A stretch of DNA of 64,000 nucleotides from Roseibacillus sp. (GCA_051251855.1 JBPOGI010000001.1:192001-256000); one strand, 5' to 3'; shown: positions 48,403 to 58,880, counted from the first letter of the stretch. The notes: generated by a model not told the origin, from the letters alone. Made by a program: numbers and translations.

Positions 48403-50616
48403 CTAGAAGCCGTCGATGGTATCGAGGAGATCGTTTCCTCGCAGCAGCTCACTGACCGTCCAGCCGTCTAAGGCTTCGACTCTACCGGACTGGTAAGAGT
48501 AGGAGTGGTTCGTGCTGAATTGAAGGTCTCTCACTTCTTCTTTGACGGGGAGAGGAGGCAGTTCGAGTGGGCTTGGCCCAACCTGAGAGGCGTCGAGCCA
48601 GGCTTGCTTCAGGTCGGTGCGCTTGGAGAATTGCTCTTTTAGCTGCCAGTAGGGGGCGATAGTGAGCATTTGTTTCAGGAGTTTTTGATGCTCTCCAAAG
48701 TGTTCGGGATCTTTCTGAAGAAGGGCTTCGAGTCTCTTTGCACAGTTGTAGTACTTGGGATCGAGCTGGAAAGCTTTCTGATAGGCCTTGATTGCTCCCG
48801 CATTGTCTTTCATCTCTTCGAGGACCATCCCAAGAAGGTAAGGGGCGCGTGGGTTGGCGGGATTTTTGAGCATGAATTTGGCAAGCATTCGTTCAGCGAT
48901 GGTTTGGACGCGTTCGTCGCTGAAAATCCCTTCGCAACCGAGGCAATGGCTTTCACGAGGTCCAAAGCTCACAGGCATAAGCTCGAAGGCTTTTTCGAAA
49001 TGGGGGACCGCCTCGTCGAATTTGCCATTTCGAGCCAGAGTCATTGCAAGTCGGGATTGGAGGCAGTAGGCGTCCTCAAATCGTCCTAGCGCAGCACGGT
49101 AGCGTTCAGTGGCTTCTTTGATGAGTCCGGCATAGAGGTAGTCGTCAGCCGCTTCTCCTTCGCGAATCGATTTTACGACATCAAAGAAGAAGTCGGCCTT
49201 TTCCTGGTCCCCTTGTTTTTCCAGGATACGAGCAAGGACGTGGTAGCACTTCATGCGCGTTTCTTTCCCTTGGTCGCCGTCGGAAGGGTCGAGTTCGATG
49301 GCTTTTTCGACTAGAGATTTGGCTTCATCTAACTTGTTTGCTGCAAGCGAGAGTTCGGCTTGCCAAATGAGAGGGCGTTCTTCGAAGGGATCATAGCTCA
49401 GAAGCTTGGGTAAAAACGCGGCGAAGAGATCGGGATCGAGAGTTCTTAGCTGCTCGTAGTAGTGGTCTTTTCCGCTGTTCCTAGCCAGTAAGTAGAGGCT
49501 GAGGTTTTTAGCGAGGTCGGCTTGGTCGTTCTCAGCGAGGGACTTGATAGCGAGGGCATTGAGGCTTTCGCTTCCTTCTCCCGCGGTATAGTCCAAAGTT
49601 GCTATGACTTTTTCTAAGGTGTTGGTTTCAAGGAGATAAGAGAGGTCTTCGAGGAAGCTCTCTTCCCCGTCGAGGTAGAAAGTGACAAGGAGGTCGAGGC
49701 TGTCTAGATCGGAGTTTCGGGAGCTGTAGGACCGTCGCTTGGATTGCCGTTCGCGGAAATCAGCACTGAAGTCAGCAAGGCTTTGCCACTCTTTCTTCGC
49801 CGCTTGATGGTGAATCCAGGGGCGAATGGTGTAGAAGCTCATGTAGCTCCTATTTTCCTCTTCTTTGGGTTCTTCTTTGAGAAGGGCCGTGATTCGTTTG
49901 GCTGCTCGGTTCGCCAACTCTTCGTCGGGGAGGACCTGACCGAGTTTGATGAGATGGTTGAGAGCAGAAAGCCTATCGCTCCTTTTGTTTCTTTTACGAT
50001 CCTCTTCCCAAAGCAGGGCGATTCCTTCTTGGATGTTTCCGTCGGCCAGTTCTTTATCCCACGGGTCCTTTTCGCTCTTGGTGTGAGAATAGGGCTTTCT
50101 GGGTTCGAGGACTTTGGGGTGGTTCTCTTTCAGCCACGCAAGACCCTCTTCGGGATTTTTGCTGAGGGCGAGAATCATGCGAGCTCTCTCCTCACGGCTC
50201 CACTCGCGGTCTCTTTCTTTTTCTAGGAGTTTGCGGCTCAGCTCTTGTGCTTGGTCTTGTTCTTCTTTGAGCAAGGCAACGAAGAGCTGGGACCTGGTTT
50301 TGAATCCTCTTCGGTCGACTTCGCCGAGTCTGTTCTTTGCTTTTTTATCCTTGATGAGGGCGAAAAGGGACTCCCATTCTTCTTGGGGTGGCAGTTCAGG
50401 GTAAAGTTCCTCGAAGGTTGTTCGGTAGGATTTTTCCAAGTCTCTTTCCAAACGTTCAGTCCACTCAACGGCAGTTTTAGCCGGGGCCATGGCTTTGCGA
50501 TATCTGGGGTGCTCTACTACCCGGACATTCACTTCCTTTTTAGGAGCGACTCCCCAGCGATCACACTGAGTCAGGAGAGGGAAAAAGAGGAGTGGGAAGA
50601 GAAAACGATAGTTCAC
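48403..50616 (-). CDS. TPR repeat protein, probable lipoprotein
   Basis: LTQC lipobox-like site; TPR helices (KAIELDP, KAFQLDP); GTG start. Confidence 0.8.
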   Translation of the reverse strand: MNYRFLFPLLFFPLLTQCDRWGVAPKKEVNVRVVEHPRYRKAMAPAKTAVEWTERLERDLEKSYRTTFEELYPELPPQEEWESLFALIKDKKAKNRLGEVDRRGFKTRSQLFVALLKEEQDQAQELSRKLLEKERDREWSREERARMILALSKNPEEGLAWLKENHPKVLEPRKPYSHTKSEKDPWDKELADGNIQEGIALLWEEDRKRNKRSDRLSALNHLIKLGQVLPDEELANRAAKRITALLKEEPKEEENRSYMSFYTIRPWIHHQAAKKEWQSLADFSADFRERQSKRRSYSSRNSDLDSLDLLVTFYLDGEESFLEDLSYLLETNTLEKVIATLDYTAGEGSESLNALAIKSLAENDQADLAKNLSLYLLARNSGKDHYYEQLRTLDPDLFAAFLPKLLSYDPFEERPLIWQAELSLAANKLDEAKSLVEKAIELDPSDGDQGKETRMKCYHVLARILEKQGDQEKADFFFDVVKSIREGEAADDYLYAGLIKEATERYRAALGRFEDAYCLQSRLAMTLARNGKFDEAVPHFEKAFELMPVSFGPRESHCLGCEGIFSDERVQTIAERMLAKFMLKNPANPRAPYLLGMVLEEMKDNAGAIKAYQKAFQLDPKYYNCAKRLEALLQKDPEHFGEHQKLLKQMLTIAPYWQLKEQFSKRTDLKQAWLDASQVGPSPLELPPLPVKEEVRDLQFSTNHSYSYQSGRVEALDGWTVSELLRGNDLLDTIDGF

Positions 50617-50660
50617 TCGACTAGCTCAACGTCTATTTTGAACGAAGGCAAGAAGCAAGA

Positions 50661-50735
50661 TGGTGGTCACTACAAGATTTGAACTTGTGACATCCTGCGT
50701 GTGAAGCAGGCGCTCTACCACTGAGCTAAGCGACC
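50661..50735 (-). tRNA. tRNA-Val(CAC)
   Basis: GGTCGCTTAGCTCAGTGGTAGAGCGCCTGCTTCACACGCAGGATGTCACAAGTTCAAATCTTGTAGTGACCACCA forms a cloverleaf with encoded CCA. Confidence 0.97.
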
Positions 50736-50879
50736 GTTTTTGGCAGCAGACGAAGGTGTCAGGGCTGCGCGGGCGCGAGGGATAAAGGGGCGAGAGGTTT
50801 TTTTCAAGAAAAAGAATGAGTGAACCTGCGCTTCGGAGAATTCTATCTTTTGTCTTAGTCCTTAATCCGGAGGGCTGGT

Positions 50880-51788
50880 TTAGACCGGAAGGCGTTTGGA
50901 GGAGATGGCGACTTGCATCCCGGAGTAGACGCTGCCGTTGCGGTCAAACTTTCCTGAGATGGGCATGATGCCGCGAGGGTGGTAGCTGGTGGCGACTGCG
51001 ATGTGGCCTACGCCGGTGCGGTGGCCGATGGAGGGGTCGTAGCCAATCCAGCCGTAGTGAGGAAGGTAGACTTCGACCCAAGCGTGGGTGGAACCGCGGG
51101 CGACTTTGGTGTTTTCGCTTTCCATGTATCCGCTGACGAAGCGGGCCGCGTAGCCGATGGTGCGGGCGGCTTCCATGAGGAGAACGGCGGTGTCGCGGCA
51201 AGAGCCGGATCCGAGGGAAAGGGTTTCGAGAGGGGTCTGTACTCCGGGAGACTCTCGGCGTTGGTATTTGATGACGCTGTGAATCTGGCTTGCCAAGTTG
51301 TCGAAGATGGGGGCTTCGTTTCCTGTGTGAGGAAGTAGATTAAGTTCTATCACCCAGGACCGCAGACCATCGACATCGGAAGGAAAGACAGTGCGTCGAA
51401 AGAGGTAGGTAGCTGCTTCCTCGATACCGGAGTGAACGGGGGGGTAGGGGGTGAGAATGTTGCTTGGTGGACTTGCCGGGTCGTCTTCAGAGCGCTTGGC
51501 AACGGTGAACTCGGAGGTGACGACAAGTGAAGGGGCGTCTTGGGTGAACTCACCGAGGGCGACGATGTTGCCCTCGATATCTTCGCTCCATCGCAACTTG
51601 GAGGCGGGCTCGGTTGTGAGGGTCATGGACTCCAAGCGGGTGCGATGGTCTTCGCGCGGACGTAGAACAAAGCGATGAGCCAAAAAGTGAACTGGGCCCG
51701 AATAGGTGTATTCAGTGCGGTGACTGAAAGAGATCCGGGTGACGGTTTCTTGATTCTGGCTGGGAGAAGGTGGAGTGAGATAATTCAT
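50880..51788 (-). CDS. Transglutaminase-like protein with bacterial N-terminal domain
   Basis: HRTEYTY..LRPR N-domain; GSCRD, THAWVEVY, YDPS catalytic triad. Confidence 0.9.
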   Translation of the reverse strand: MNYLTPPSPSQNQETVTRISFSHRTEYTYSGPVHFLAHRFVLRPREDHRTRLESMTLTTEPASKLRWSEDIEGNIVALGEFTQDAPSLVVTSEFTVAKRSEDDPASPPSNILTPYPPVHSGIEEAATYLFRRTVFPSDVDGLRSWVIELNLLPHTGNEAPIFDNLASQIHSVIKYQRRESPGVQTPLETLSLGSGSCRDTAVLLMEAARTIGYAARFVSGYMESENTKVARGSTHAWVEVYLPHYGWIGYDPSIGHRTGVGHIAVATSYHPRGIMPISGKFDRNGSVYSGMQVAISSKRLPV

Positions 51789-52636
51789 GAGAAGATGATG
51801 GCTTGTCCTTTCTCGTGCAGGCTTTGTTGGGTGAGAGGTTGGAAAGAGGGATCTGCGCAATCGCAGGAGACTTGAAAGCTCGAGTTGCCAATATCGCCGA
51901 TTAAGTTGGCGACCGCTACGTCTGCGGCATCGCGCCCACGGGCAATCTTAACCACTCCGTTGAGGGGCGCGAGATGGGTGGGGTCGAAAAAGCACCAGCG
52001 ACCGCCGATGTAAGCCTCGAGGCAGGCGTGAAAGTCTTGTGGCTGGAGCTGGTGGGCGTAGACGGTGACGTAGCGGGCTGGAATGGAGAGGGCGCGCAGG
52101 AGGGAGATTGCTAAGTGGGCAAAGTCTCGGCAGACGCCTTGTCGGTTGAGGAGGGTGTCGACGGCTGAATCGGAGGGGCCGGAGATTCCGATGCTATAGT
52201 TGATGTGGCTGTAGACCCAAGCGACGACCGAGGAGGCTTTGGCAAAGGCGGAAGACTCGGTCTCGGCGATGTCGGTGGCGACATGCCGGAGTCGGTCCGA
52301 TTGACAGTATCGGCTGGGATAGAGAAAGGGAAGAATGGCTCCGGTGAGGTCCGAGAGAATGGGATGGGCGAGGGAGGCTCCCTCGACAACTTCGTAGCTG
52401 GTTTCCACCTGAGCCTGGTAGTTGAGGGTTAGTGGTCCTGATTCAAGCACCTTGATTCGAGTGGAGCGACCGACGGCGGAGTCTACTTCCAAATCTTCCA
52501 GTTCGACTTGTCGGCTGGTGGTGAAGTTTTCCGAGATGAGCCGTTGCGAAGAGCTGCACAGGCATTTGACGGAGGCGAGAATGGAGGACTCGCCGTTGAC
52601 TGAGTAATCGAGTTGGGCGCTGGTGTTAAAAATCAT
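51785..52636 (-). CDS. Transglutaminase-like protein
   Basis: FLYPSRYCQSD, GVCRDFAH, FHA..E, FDPT, GRDAADV. Confidence 0.9.
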   Translation of the reverse strand: MIFNTSAQLDYSVNGESSILASVKCLCSSSQRLISENFTTSRQVELEDLEVDSAVGRSTRIKVLESGPLTLNYQAQVETSYEVVEGASLAHPILSDLTGAILPFLYPSRYCQSDRLRHVATDIAETESSAFAKASSVVAWVYSHINYSIGISGPSDSAVDTLLNRQGVCRDFAHLAISLLRALSIPARYVTVYAHQLQPQDFHACLEAYIGGRWCFFDPTHLAPLNGVVKIARGRDAADVAVANLIGDIGNSSFQVSCDCADPSFQPLTQQSLHEKGQAIIFS

Positions 52637-52850
52637 GGGAAGTTGGAGTGTCGTCTCGCACCGGAGAAAAAGCTACCTCGGCTGCTCTAACCGAGGAGTT
52701 TCTAGAATATCAAGAGCGCGGGGCTTCTTAATGAATGGTCGCGATATTGGCTCCTCGGCTGGGGAGGTGAAGAGTGACTGGCGTGACGCAGCTTCCTTGC
52801 CAACTTGGAACTTACCCAATGAGCTCCCGTAGGGAATGTGAGGCGGGCTT

Positions 52851-54074
52851 CTAGGTGGGAGCTTTGTCGAGGCCGAAGGAGCTGTGGACGGCACGGGCGG
52901 CGTCTTCGATGCTGGCTTCGGGGACGGTGACCGAGATTTTGATTTCGGAGGTGGAGATCATGCCGATGTTGATGCCTTGGTCGCCGAGGGCTTGGAACAT
53001 TTGGGCGGCCACTCCAGAGTGGGAGCGCATACCGATGCCGACCACGGAGAGTTTGCCAATGCCAGCTTCGGTTTCGACTTTGGCGTCAGGGGAGAGTTCG
53101 CTGAGGCAAGGCTGGAGTGCTGCTTGGGCCCGGCCGAGATCCACGGTGTTCATGGTGAAGGAGTGGCGTGCGAGCCCGTCGGACGCGATGTTGGAGACGA
53201 TCATGTCGATGTTGATTTCATCATCAGCAAGGGCTCCGAGTATCTTGGCGGACATGCCGGGCTCGTCGGGGATGTCGGTGATGGTGACACGTGCCTGTGA
53301 GCGTTCGATTGAGACGCCACGAATGACGACGGATTCCATGTTGGGGTGTTCTTCGGTCACGATAGTTCCAGGATTGTTGTTGAGAGAGGAGCGCACTTCG
53401 AATTTGACGCCAAACTTTTTGGCGAATTCAACGGAGCGGGATTGCATCACTTTGGTGCCCACGGAGGCGAGTTCGAGCAATTCGTCGTAGGAGATTTCGG
53501 GGAGTTTGCGGGCGTCGGGGACGACGCGGGGGTCGGCGGTGTAGACGCCGTCGACGTCGGTAAGAACTTGGCAGACATCAGCTTCGAGGGACGCGGCGAT
53601 GGCGATGGCGGAGAGGTCTGAGCCGCCGCGACCGAGGGTTTGAATATTTCCGGTGGCGTTGATGCCTTGGAATCCTGCGACGATGAGGACTTTGCCTTCT
53701 TCGAGGAGGCTCCGAGTGTGTGCTCCGTCGAGGGCGTCGATGCGGGCGCGGGTGTGAGAGCCGGTGGTGCGGAGGCCAGCTTGGCGTCCGGTTATGGAGA
53801 GGGCTGGGACACCCATCTCTTGTAAGGCCATGGCGAGGAGGGCGATGGATTGCTGCTCGCCGGTGGAGACGAGGACGTCCATTTCGCGCTCGGTGGGGTT
53901 GGCCGACATTTCGTGGGCCATGGCGATGAGCTTGTCGGTGACCCCGCTCATGGCGGAGACGACGACGGCGACGCTGTGACCTTCTTCATGAAGGGCTTTG
54001 ACGCGGCTGGCGACGTTGCGGATGCGGTCGAAGGACCCAACTGAAGTTCCTCCGTATTTTTGGACGATGACCAT
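52851..54074 (-). CDS. lysC: Aspartate kinase
   Basis: VQKYGGTSV, LGRGGSD, DVDGVYTADP and two ACT domains. Confidence 0.96.
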   Translation of the reverse strand: MVIVQKYGGTSVGSFDRIRNVASRVKALHEEGHSVAVVVSAMSGVTDKLIAMAHEMSANPTEREMDVLVSTGEQQSIALLAMALQEMGVPALSITGRQAGLRTTGSHTRARIDALDGAHTRSLLEEGKVLIVAGFQGINATGNIQTLGRGGSDLSAIAIAASLEADVCQVLTDVDGVYTADPRVVPDARKLPEISYDELLELASVGTKVMQSRSVEFAKKFGVKFEVRSSLNNNPGTIVTEEHPNMESVVIRGVSIERSQARVTITDIPDEPGMSAKILGALADDEINIDMIVSNIASDGLARHSFTMNTVDLGRAQAALQPCLSELSPDAKVETEAGIGKLSVVGIGMRSHSGVAAQMFQALGDQGINIGMISTSEIKISVTVPEASIEDAARAVHSSFGLDKAPT

Positions 54075-54216
54075 TGTTTGCGGAAGGGGGTCTAACCAAG
54101 AGTAGGGCTCAAGGGCGAGAATATTTTCTTAGGATAGTGAGGTGAGGAGATTCTTTGCTGAAAAAGAGAAGTTGCCTTGAGTGCATGGCGTCGCAGGCCT
54201 AGCTTCGCTGGAGAGG

Positions 54217-55932
54217 ATGGCTACCACGAATTCGAGGACCCGGCGATGGATTCTCCGGGATGACCCCGGAGAGGTGCCGTCTTGTGAGGCGGTATCGGGG
54301 TTGCATGAGGTCTTGCAACGCCTTTTGGGGCAGCGGGGCTTTGTAGATGAGCTTTGTGTGGGGAACTTTTTGGAGCCAAAATTGAAGGATCTGAGTGATC
54401 CCTTTGAATTGCCCGAGATGGAGGAGGCGGTAGCGCGGGTTTTTCAGGCGGTGGATGAGGGGCAGGAAATTTGTGTCTATGGTGACTATGATGTCGATGG
54501 AATCACTTCCATCACGATCATGCAGACGGTTCTGCAGGCGTATGGGGCGAAGGTTCGCCACTTTGTGCCGGTACGAGGAACGGAGGGTTACGGTCTGAGT
54601 GAGGCGGCGATTGAGCGTTGTATGCGCGAGGGGGTGCGGCCGGATCTCTTTATTACGGTGGATTGTGGCACGGTGTCGCATGAACCGATTGAGCAGTTAC
54701 GTGGCCAAGGAATCGATGTCATTGTGGTGGATCACCATGAGCGTGGGGAGGCGGGGCGGCCGGGTTGTGTGGCGCTGATCAATCCGAAGTTCGAGTCGAC
54801 GCCGTATGCGTATCTATGTGCGGCGGGAGTGGTCTTCAAGTTGGCGCATGGGTTGTTAAAGACGCGGCCCTTGGATGATTTTGATTTGAAAAGTGTGCTG
54901 GACCTCGTGGCGGTAGCGACGATTTCCGATATTGTGCCGTTGGTGGGTGAAAATCGCTTGTTGGTGAGGCATGGATTGCGGCGCTTGCCACAGACGATGA
55001 ATGCGGGTTTGCGGGCGCTGATGGAGGTGACGGGGTTGAATGGGCACGCAAGTAGTAGTGATGTGGGTTTTCGGATTGGGCCGCGCATCAATGCTGCGGG
55101 TCGGATGGACCGGCCGGATGAGGCGTTGAGTACGTTGTTGGCGGAGACTCCGGCAGAGGCGAAGGAGTTGGCAGAGCGGTTAGACAATTACAATAAGGAG
55201 CGCCAGAAGATGGAGCTGCGGATTTTGGCCGAGGCTGAGGCGCAGGTAGCGGAGGTGCATGATGTGGAGAAGGATCCGGTGATTGTGGTGGGGTCGCGGA
55301 ATTGGCATCCAGGGGTGGTTGGGATTGTGGCGTCGCGATTGATGCGGAAGTATCATCGTCCAGCCTTTGTGATTGCGATTGATGAGAAGGGGGTCGGCAA
55401 GGGTAGTGGTCGAAGTGTGGAGGGGGTGTCACTGGTGGAGGCGATTGCGCATGGACGTGAATTTTTGATTGCGGGTGGCGGGCACCACATGGCGGCGGGA
55501 ATCAGTGTGGAAGAGGGGGAGATGGAGAAGTTTCGAGAATCTTTCGCGAGCTATGTGTTGGCGAATGCGTCGACAGAGGATTTGGAACCGAAGTTGCATA
55601 TCGATGGGGTGTTGGGCTTGGAGGCTTTGGACCTCGATTTTTTACATCAGTATGAGCGTTTACAACCGTTCGGTTCGGGCAATGCGGTGCCGGTGTTTGT
55701 GGCGCGCGATGTTTGGTTGTCGGAGGCTCCGCGTAATCTTAAGAACAATCATTTGAAGCTTTGGCTGCGACAGGGGCAGGCGGAGAAGGATGCCATGTTC
55801 TTCGGGGGAGGAGAGCGTGAATTACCTGAGCCGCCATGGGATGTAGCCTTTACTATTGACCGAAATTTTTTCCGCGGGGTGACGAGCTGCCAGATGCTGG
55901 TGCGCGATATTCGTCCCGCAGGACAGTTCTAA
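54217..55932 (+). CDS. recJ: Single-stranded-DNA-specific exonuclease RecJ
   Basis: YGDYDVDG, TVDCG, DHH, PRINAAGR, GGGHHMAAG, LQPFGSGN. Confidence 0.96.
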   Translation: MATTNSRTRRWILRDDPGEVPSCEAVSGLHEVLQRLLGQRGFVDELCVGNFLEPKLKDLSDPFELPEMEEAVARVFQAVDEGQEICVYGDYDVDGITSITIMQTVLQAYGAKVRHFVPVRGTEGYGLSEAAIERCMREGVRPDLFITVDCGTVSHEPIEQLRGQGIDVIVVDHHERGEAGRPGCVALINPKFESTPYAYLCAAGVVFKLAHGLLKTRPLDDFDLKSVLDLVAVATISDIVPLVGENRLLVRHGLRRLPQTMNAGLRALMEVTGLNGHASSSDVGFRIGPRINAAGRMDRPDEALSTLLAETPAEAKELAERLDNYNKERQKMELRILAEAEAQVAEVHDVEKDPVIVVGSRNWHPGVVGIVASRLMRKYHRPAFVIAIDEKGVGKGSGRSVEGVSLVEAIAHGREFLIAGGGHHMAAGISVEEGEMEKFRESFASYVLANASTEDLEPKLHIDGVLGLEALDLDFLHQYERLQPFGSGNAVPVFVARDVWLSEAPRNLKNNHLKLWLRQGQAEKDAMFFGGGERELPEPPWDVAFTIDRNFFRGVTSCQMLVRDIRPAGQF

Positions 55933-55941
55933 CAGATTGAG

Positions 55942-57276
55942 ATGACTTTACCTGAATTGAAGGTGGCGCTGGACGCTACGGGAGTGATTCCTTCGCGGAA
56001 GCTGGGACAAAACTTTTTGCATGATGCGAATGTATCACGCTGGATTGGAGAGCAGTTAGACCCGCAACCAGATGATTGTATTGTCGAGGTGGGGCCGGGC
56101 ACGGGGGCGTTGAGTGAGCATCTAGTGGGGAAAGTGCGGAAGCTTATTTTGGTGGAGTATGATCAGCGCTTGGCCGAATATTTGACGGCGAAATTTGCGA
56201 ATGAGCCTTCAGTTGAGGTCTATAGTGAGGACGGGGCGCGGTTCGATTTGCGGCCGCTGTGGGCGGAGGGGAAGGTGAAGCTGCTAGGGAACTTGCCCTA
56301 TTCGGCAGGGGGGGCGATTTTACGGAATTTTCTTAAGGGGCCGACGCCGGTTGAGCGTGCGGTGATTATGCTGCAGAAGGAGGTCATCGATCGAATTCTG
56401 GCTAAGCCACGTACGAAAGCGTTTGGGGTGCTGACCTTGCGGATGCAGAGCGAGTGGGATTCAGCGCCGATCAAGACGATTGGGCCGGAGTGTTTTCATC
56501 CACGCCCGTTGATTGATTCTACCGTGATGATGTGTCGTCAGCGGGCGGTGCCGTTGCCTATCTTTGATAAGCGTTTATTCGATGAGCTGATTCGACGTGG
56601 ATTTGCGCAACGGCGGAAGATGTTGCGAAAGGCGATGCCCGATGCGCCGGCTTGGCCCGAGGTGGCGGAGAAGGTGGGATGCACGGAGACGACGCGGGCG
56701 GAGGAGTTGAGCTTAGAGCAGTGGGTGGAGCTGACGCGGTGCTACGATGCATCTAGTAGTATTCCCGCGCAGAGTGGAGATGAGATTTTTGACGTTGTTG
56801 ATGAAAACAATGAGGTGACGGGGCAGGCGACACGGACCGAGGTTCATGAAAAGGGGCTGAGGCATCGTGCGGTTCATGTTTTTGTGGTGAATGGAAAGAG
56901 CGAGATGTTGTTGCAGCAGCGTTCGATATTGAAGGATGTTAATCCAGGTAAGTGGGGGTCTAGTGCGGCGGGGCATCTCGATGCGGGGGAAGGTTATGAG
57001 GAGGCGGCTCGACGTGAGATTGGCGAGGAGCTGGGAATTGAGGATGCGGAGTTGCCGCTGAAGTTTGTCGGGGAGTTGCCGCCGAGCGAGAGCAACGGGT
57101 GGGAGTTTATCCGGCTTTATGTGACGGTTTATTCAGGTGCTCTGCGGATGCCTGCCAATGAGGTGGGTGCGGTGGAGTGGATGGAGCAGGATGTTTTGAG
57201 AGACTGGTTGGTGAGGCGGCCAGAGGATTTTTCGGGAGGGTTTCGAGAGTGTTGGGGGATGTTGGAGAAGGATTGA
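55942..57276 (+). CDS. rsmA: 16S rRNA adenine dimethyltransferase fused to a C-terminal Nudix hydrolase
   Basis: LGQNFL, EVGPGTG, GNLPY, QRRKML, RAEELS; then the Nudix box GHLDAGEGYEEAARREIGEELGI. Confidence 0.92.
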   Translation: MTLPELKVALDATGVIPSRKLGQNFLHDANVSRWIGEQLDPQPDDCIVEVGPGTGALSEHLVGKVRKLILVEYDQRLAEYLTAKFANEPSVEVYSEDGARFDLRPLWAEGKVKLLGNLPYSAGGAILRNFLKGPTPVERAVIMLQKEVIDRILAKPRTKAFGVLTLRMQSEWDSAPIKTIGPECFHPRPLIDSTVMMCRQRAVPLPIFDKRLFDELIRRGFAQRRKMLRKAMPDAPAWPEVAEKVGCTETTRAEELSLEQWVELTRCYDASSSIPAQSGDEIFDVVDENNEVTGQATRTEVHEKGLRHRAVHVFVVNGKSEMLLQQRSILKDVNPGKWGSSAAGHLDAGEGYEEAARREIGEELGIEDAELPLKFVGELPPSESNGWEFIRLYVTVYSGALRMPANEVGAVEWMEQDVLRDWLVRRPEDFSGGFRECWGMLEKD

Positions 57277-57379
57277 GGCGCGGAAGTTTCCTTAAGTTGG
57301 AGAGAAGGAAGAGAGAGGATCCGGGGGGCTGTGGTTTTGAATAGAGGGGAGCAAAGGACGAGGCCGCGGAATGTGTGTT

Positions 57380-57820
57380 TTATGCTTCGACTGCTTCGAG
57401 GGGGTAGCCGAGGGTGGTCATTGTTTCTTCGAACTTGTAGTTGTTGCCAATGCAAGTTGAGGGGATGACGTGGTAGGAACCGTCAGTTTGAAGAAGGATG
57501 TATTCTCTGGTCTTTCGCTTGGTTTGGGAGGCGAGAATACGGGTGATGTCGGTTTTTGGGATGGAGGTGCATTTGCCTTGTGCTTCGAAGATGAGAGCCT
57601 TGGGGCCAAGAGTGAGGCTCCATCGCTGAGGCCTCCATTCCCAAATCAGCCACTTGAATTGAACCATAAACATCAGGGCGGCCAACCAGGGGGCAAAGTT
57701 TAAGGAGGCTTCTCCAAAGGTGAATTTGCCGCAGCCGATCAGTAAAATCACCAAAAGGGTTACAATTCTGGGCATGGATCCCAAAATGGTTTTGCGATGG
57801 AGGTAAATCTCTTCCGGCAT
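57380..57820 (-). CDS. Hypothetical membrane protein
   Basis: Two TM helices plus a soluble tail; good promoter directly upstream of the ATG. Confidence 0.65.
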   Translation of the reverse strand: MPEEIYLHRKTILGSMPRIVTLLVILLIGCGKFTFGEASLNFAPWLAALMFMVQFKWLIWEWRPQRWSLTLGPKALIFEAQGKCTSIPKTDITRILASQTKRKTREYILLQTDGSYHVIPSTCIGNNYKFEETMTTLGYPLEAVEA

Positions 57821-57827
57821 GGGAAGG

Positions 57828-57856
57828 ATTTTAGCGAAAGGGAGGGATGGCTTCAA
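57828..57856 (-). promoter_or_regulatory. Sigma70 promoter, probably giving a leaderless mRNA
   Basis: TTGAAG - 17 bp - TAAAAT - 7 nt - ATG. Confidence 0.6.
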
Positions 57857-57932
57857 TCTCGATCAAGAGAAGCTTCGGGCCTTGGGGTTACTGCTTGGAG
57901 GAGGGAGTATCCTTCGACAATGACTGAGGGTT

Positions 57933-58787
57933 TCACCGGTTGCCGCGCCACTTGAGGAAAATGAAGAGAAGGAGACCGAAGACCACGATGACGATGGCGA
58001 AGGCGGTGAGGGCAATCTTCTTGGTCTGCTCAATTTCCTCCATGGTGAGGTCTTGCTGACCAGGTGGGATGACGTCGGGCTGGGCCTTGATGATGAGGGC
58101 GTTTTCAGAGAGCTCAAGGGAGGTGAGCTTTTTCATGATGGGCCCAAGAAGTTCGTCCTTCAGATAGGGGGCGGTGATTTGGTGATCGGAGAGGTGGGCT
58201 GCGAATTCGTCGGGGACCGTTCCTTTCAGGGAGTCGATGTGGTCGATATCGATGAGGAGTTGACCGCTTTCGAGACGGGGCTTGCCTCGAAAGGTCCCGT
58301 TGAGATATCGGTGCGAGGTGTCGCCAATGGGCTTGCCGTTGATGCGGTAGGAGATTTGGACTTTAGCTTCCGTAGGCGAAAGCGAGAGGATGTAGAAGGT
58401 CTCGCGGAGTTCTTCGAATTGATGATGGGCGGCGATAGAGAGATTGAGGTCCTGAGTGCTGAGGGTGAGTTCGGCGGGCTGGTTGGCGAGAACTGCGGCC
58501 CGGAAGCCATCGAGGCGTCGGGAGAGATCGTTAAATTCGCTTTCGAATTGTAAGGGTTCTAGAACGGCGGTGGGGACGGGGTCCTTTTCGGTGAATTTGG
58601 AGATTTCGCTATCGACCCTGAAGAGTGACCAAATAGTGAAGCCCACGAGAAAGAGCATCATGACGGCAGCAGCAATAATGATGGTGCACCCGGCGAAGGG
58701 TGACTGAGGGACATCCTTTTTTTTCTTGGAAGTCTCGGGTTGGTTGGGCTTTGCCGTGGTGCGGCGGCGATTGTTTTCGCTCGGCAT
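57933..58787 (-). CDS. Hypothetical membrane protein
   Basis: 284-aa ORF with N- and C-terminal TM helices. Confidence 0.75.
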   Translation of the reverse strand: MPSENNRRRTTAKPNQPETSKKKKDVPQSPFAGCTIIIAAAVMMLFLVGFTIWSLFRVDSEISKFTEKDPVPTAVLEPLQFESEFNDLSRRLDGFRAAVLANQPAELTLSTQDLNLSIAAHHQFEELRETFYILSLSPTEAKVQISYRINGKPIGDTSHRYLNGTFRGKPRLESGQLLIDIDHIDSLKGTVPDEFAAHLSDHQITAPYLKDELLGPIMKKLTSLELSENALIIKAQPDVIPPGQQDLTMEEIEQTKKIALTAFAIVIVVFGLLLFIFLKWRGNR

Positions 58788-58880
58788 GGGGGGGAACTTT
58801 TAAGAGGAGAATTGCCAAGGCGCAAGACACGAGCGACATTTGGGATTTCCGTTTTCGTCATCACGGGTTAAGCCGGTGCT

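Noticed and set aside
45100..50660. Genomic island integrated at tRNA-Val
   Set aside because: No integrase and no convincing duplicate of the tRNA 3' end
52774..52783. GTGACTGGCG resembling a ZTP riboswitch
   Set aside because: The downstream GGGAG and CGCCTGGGC elements are missing and no co-oriented gene follows
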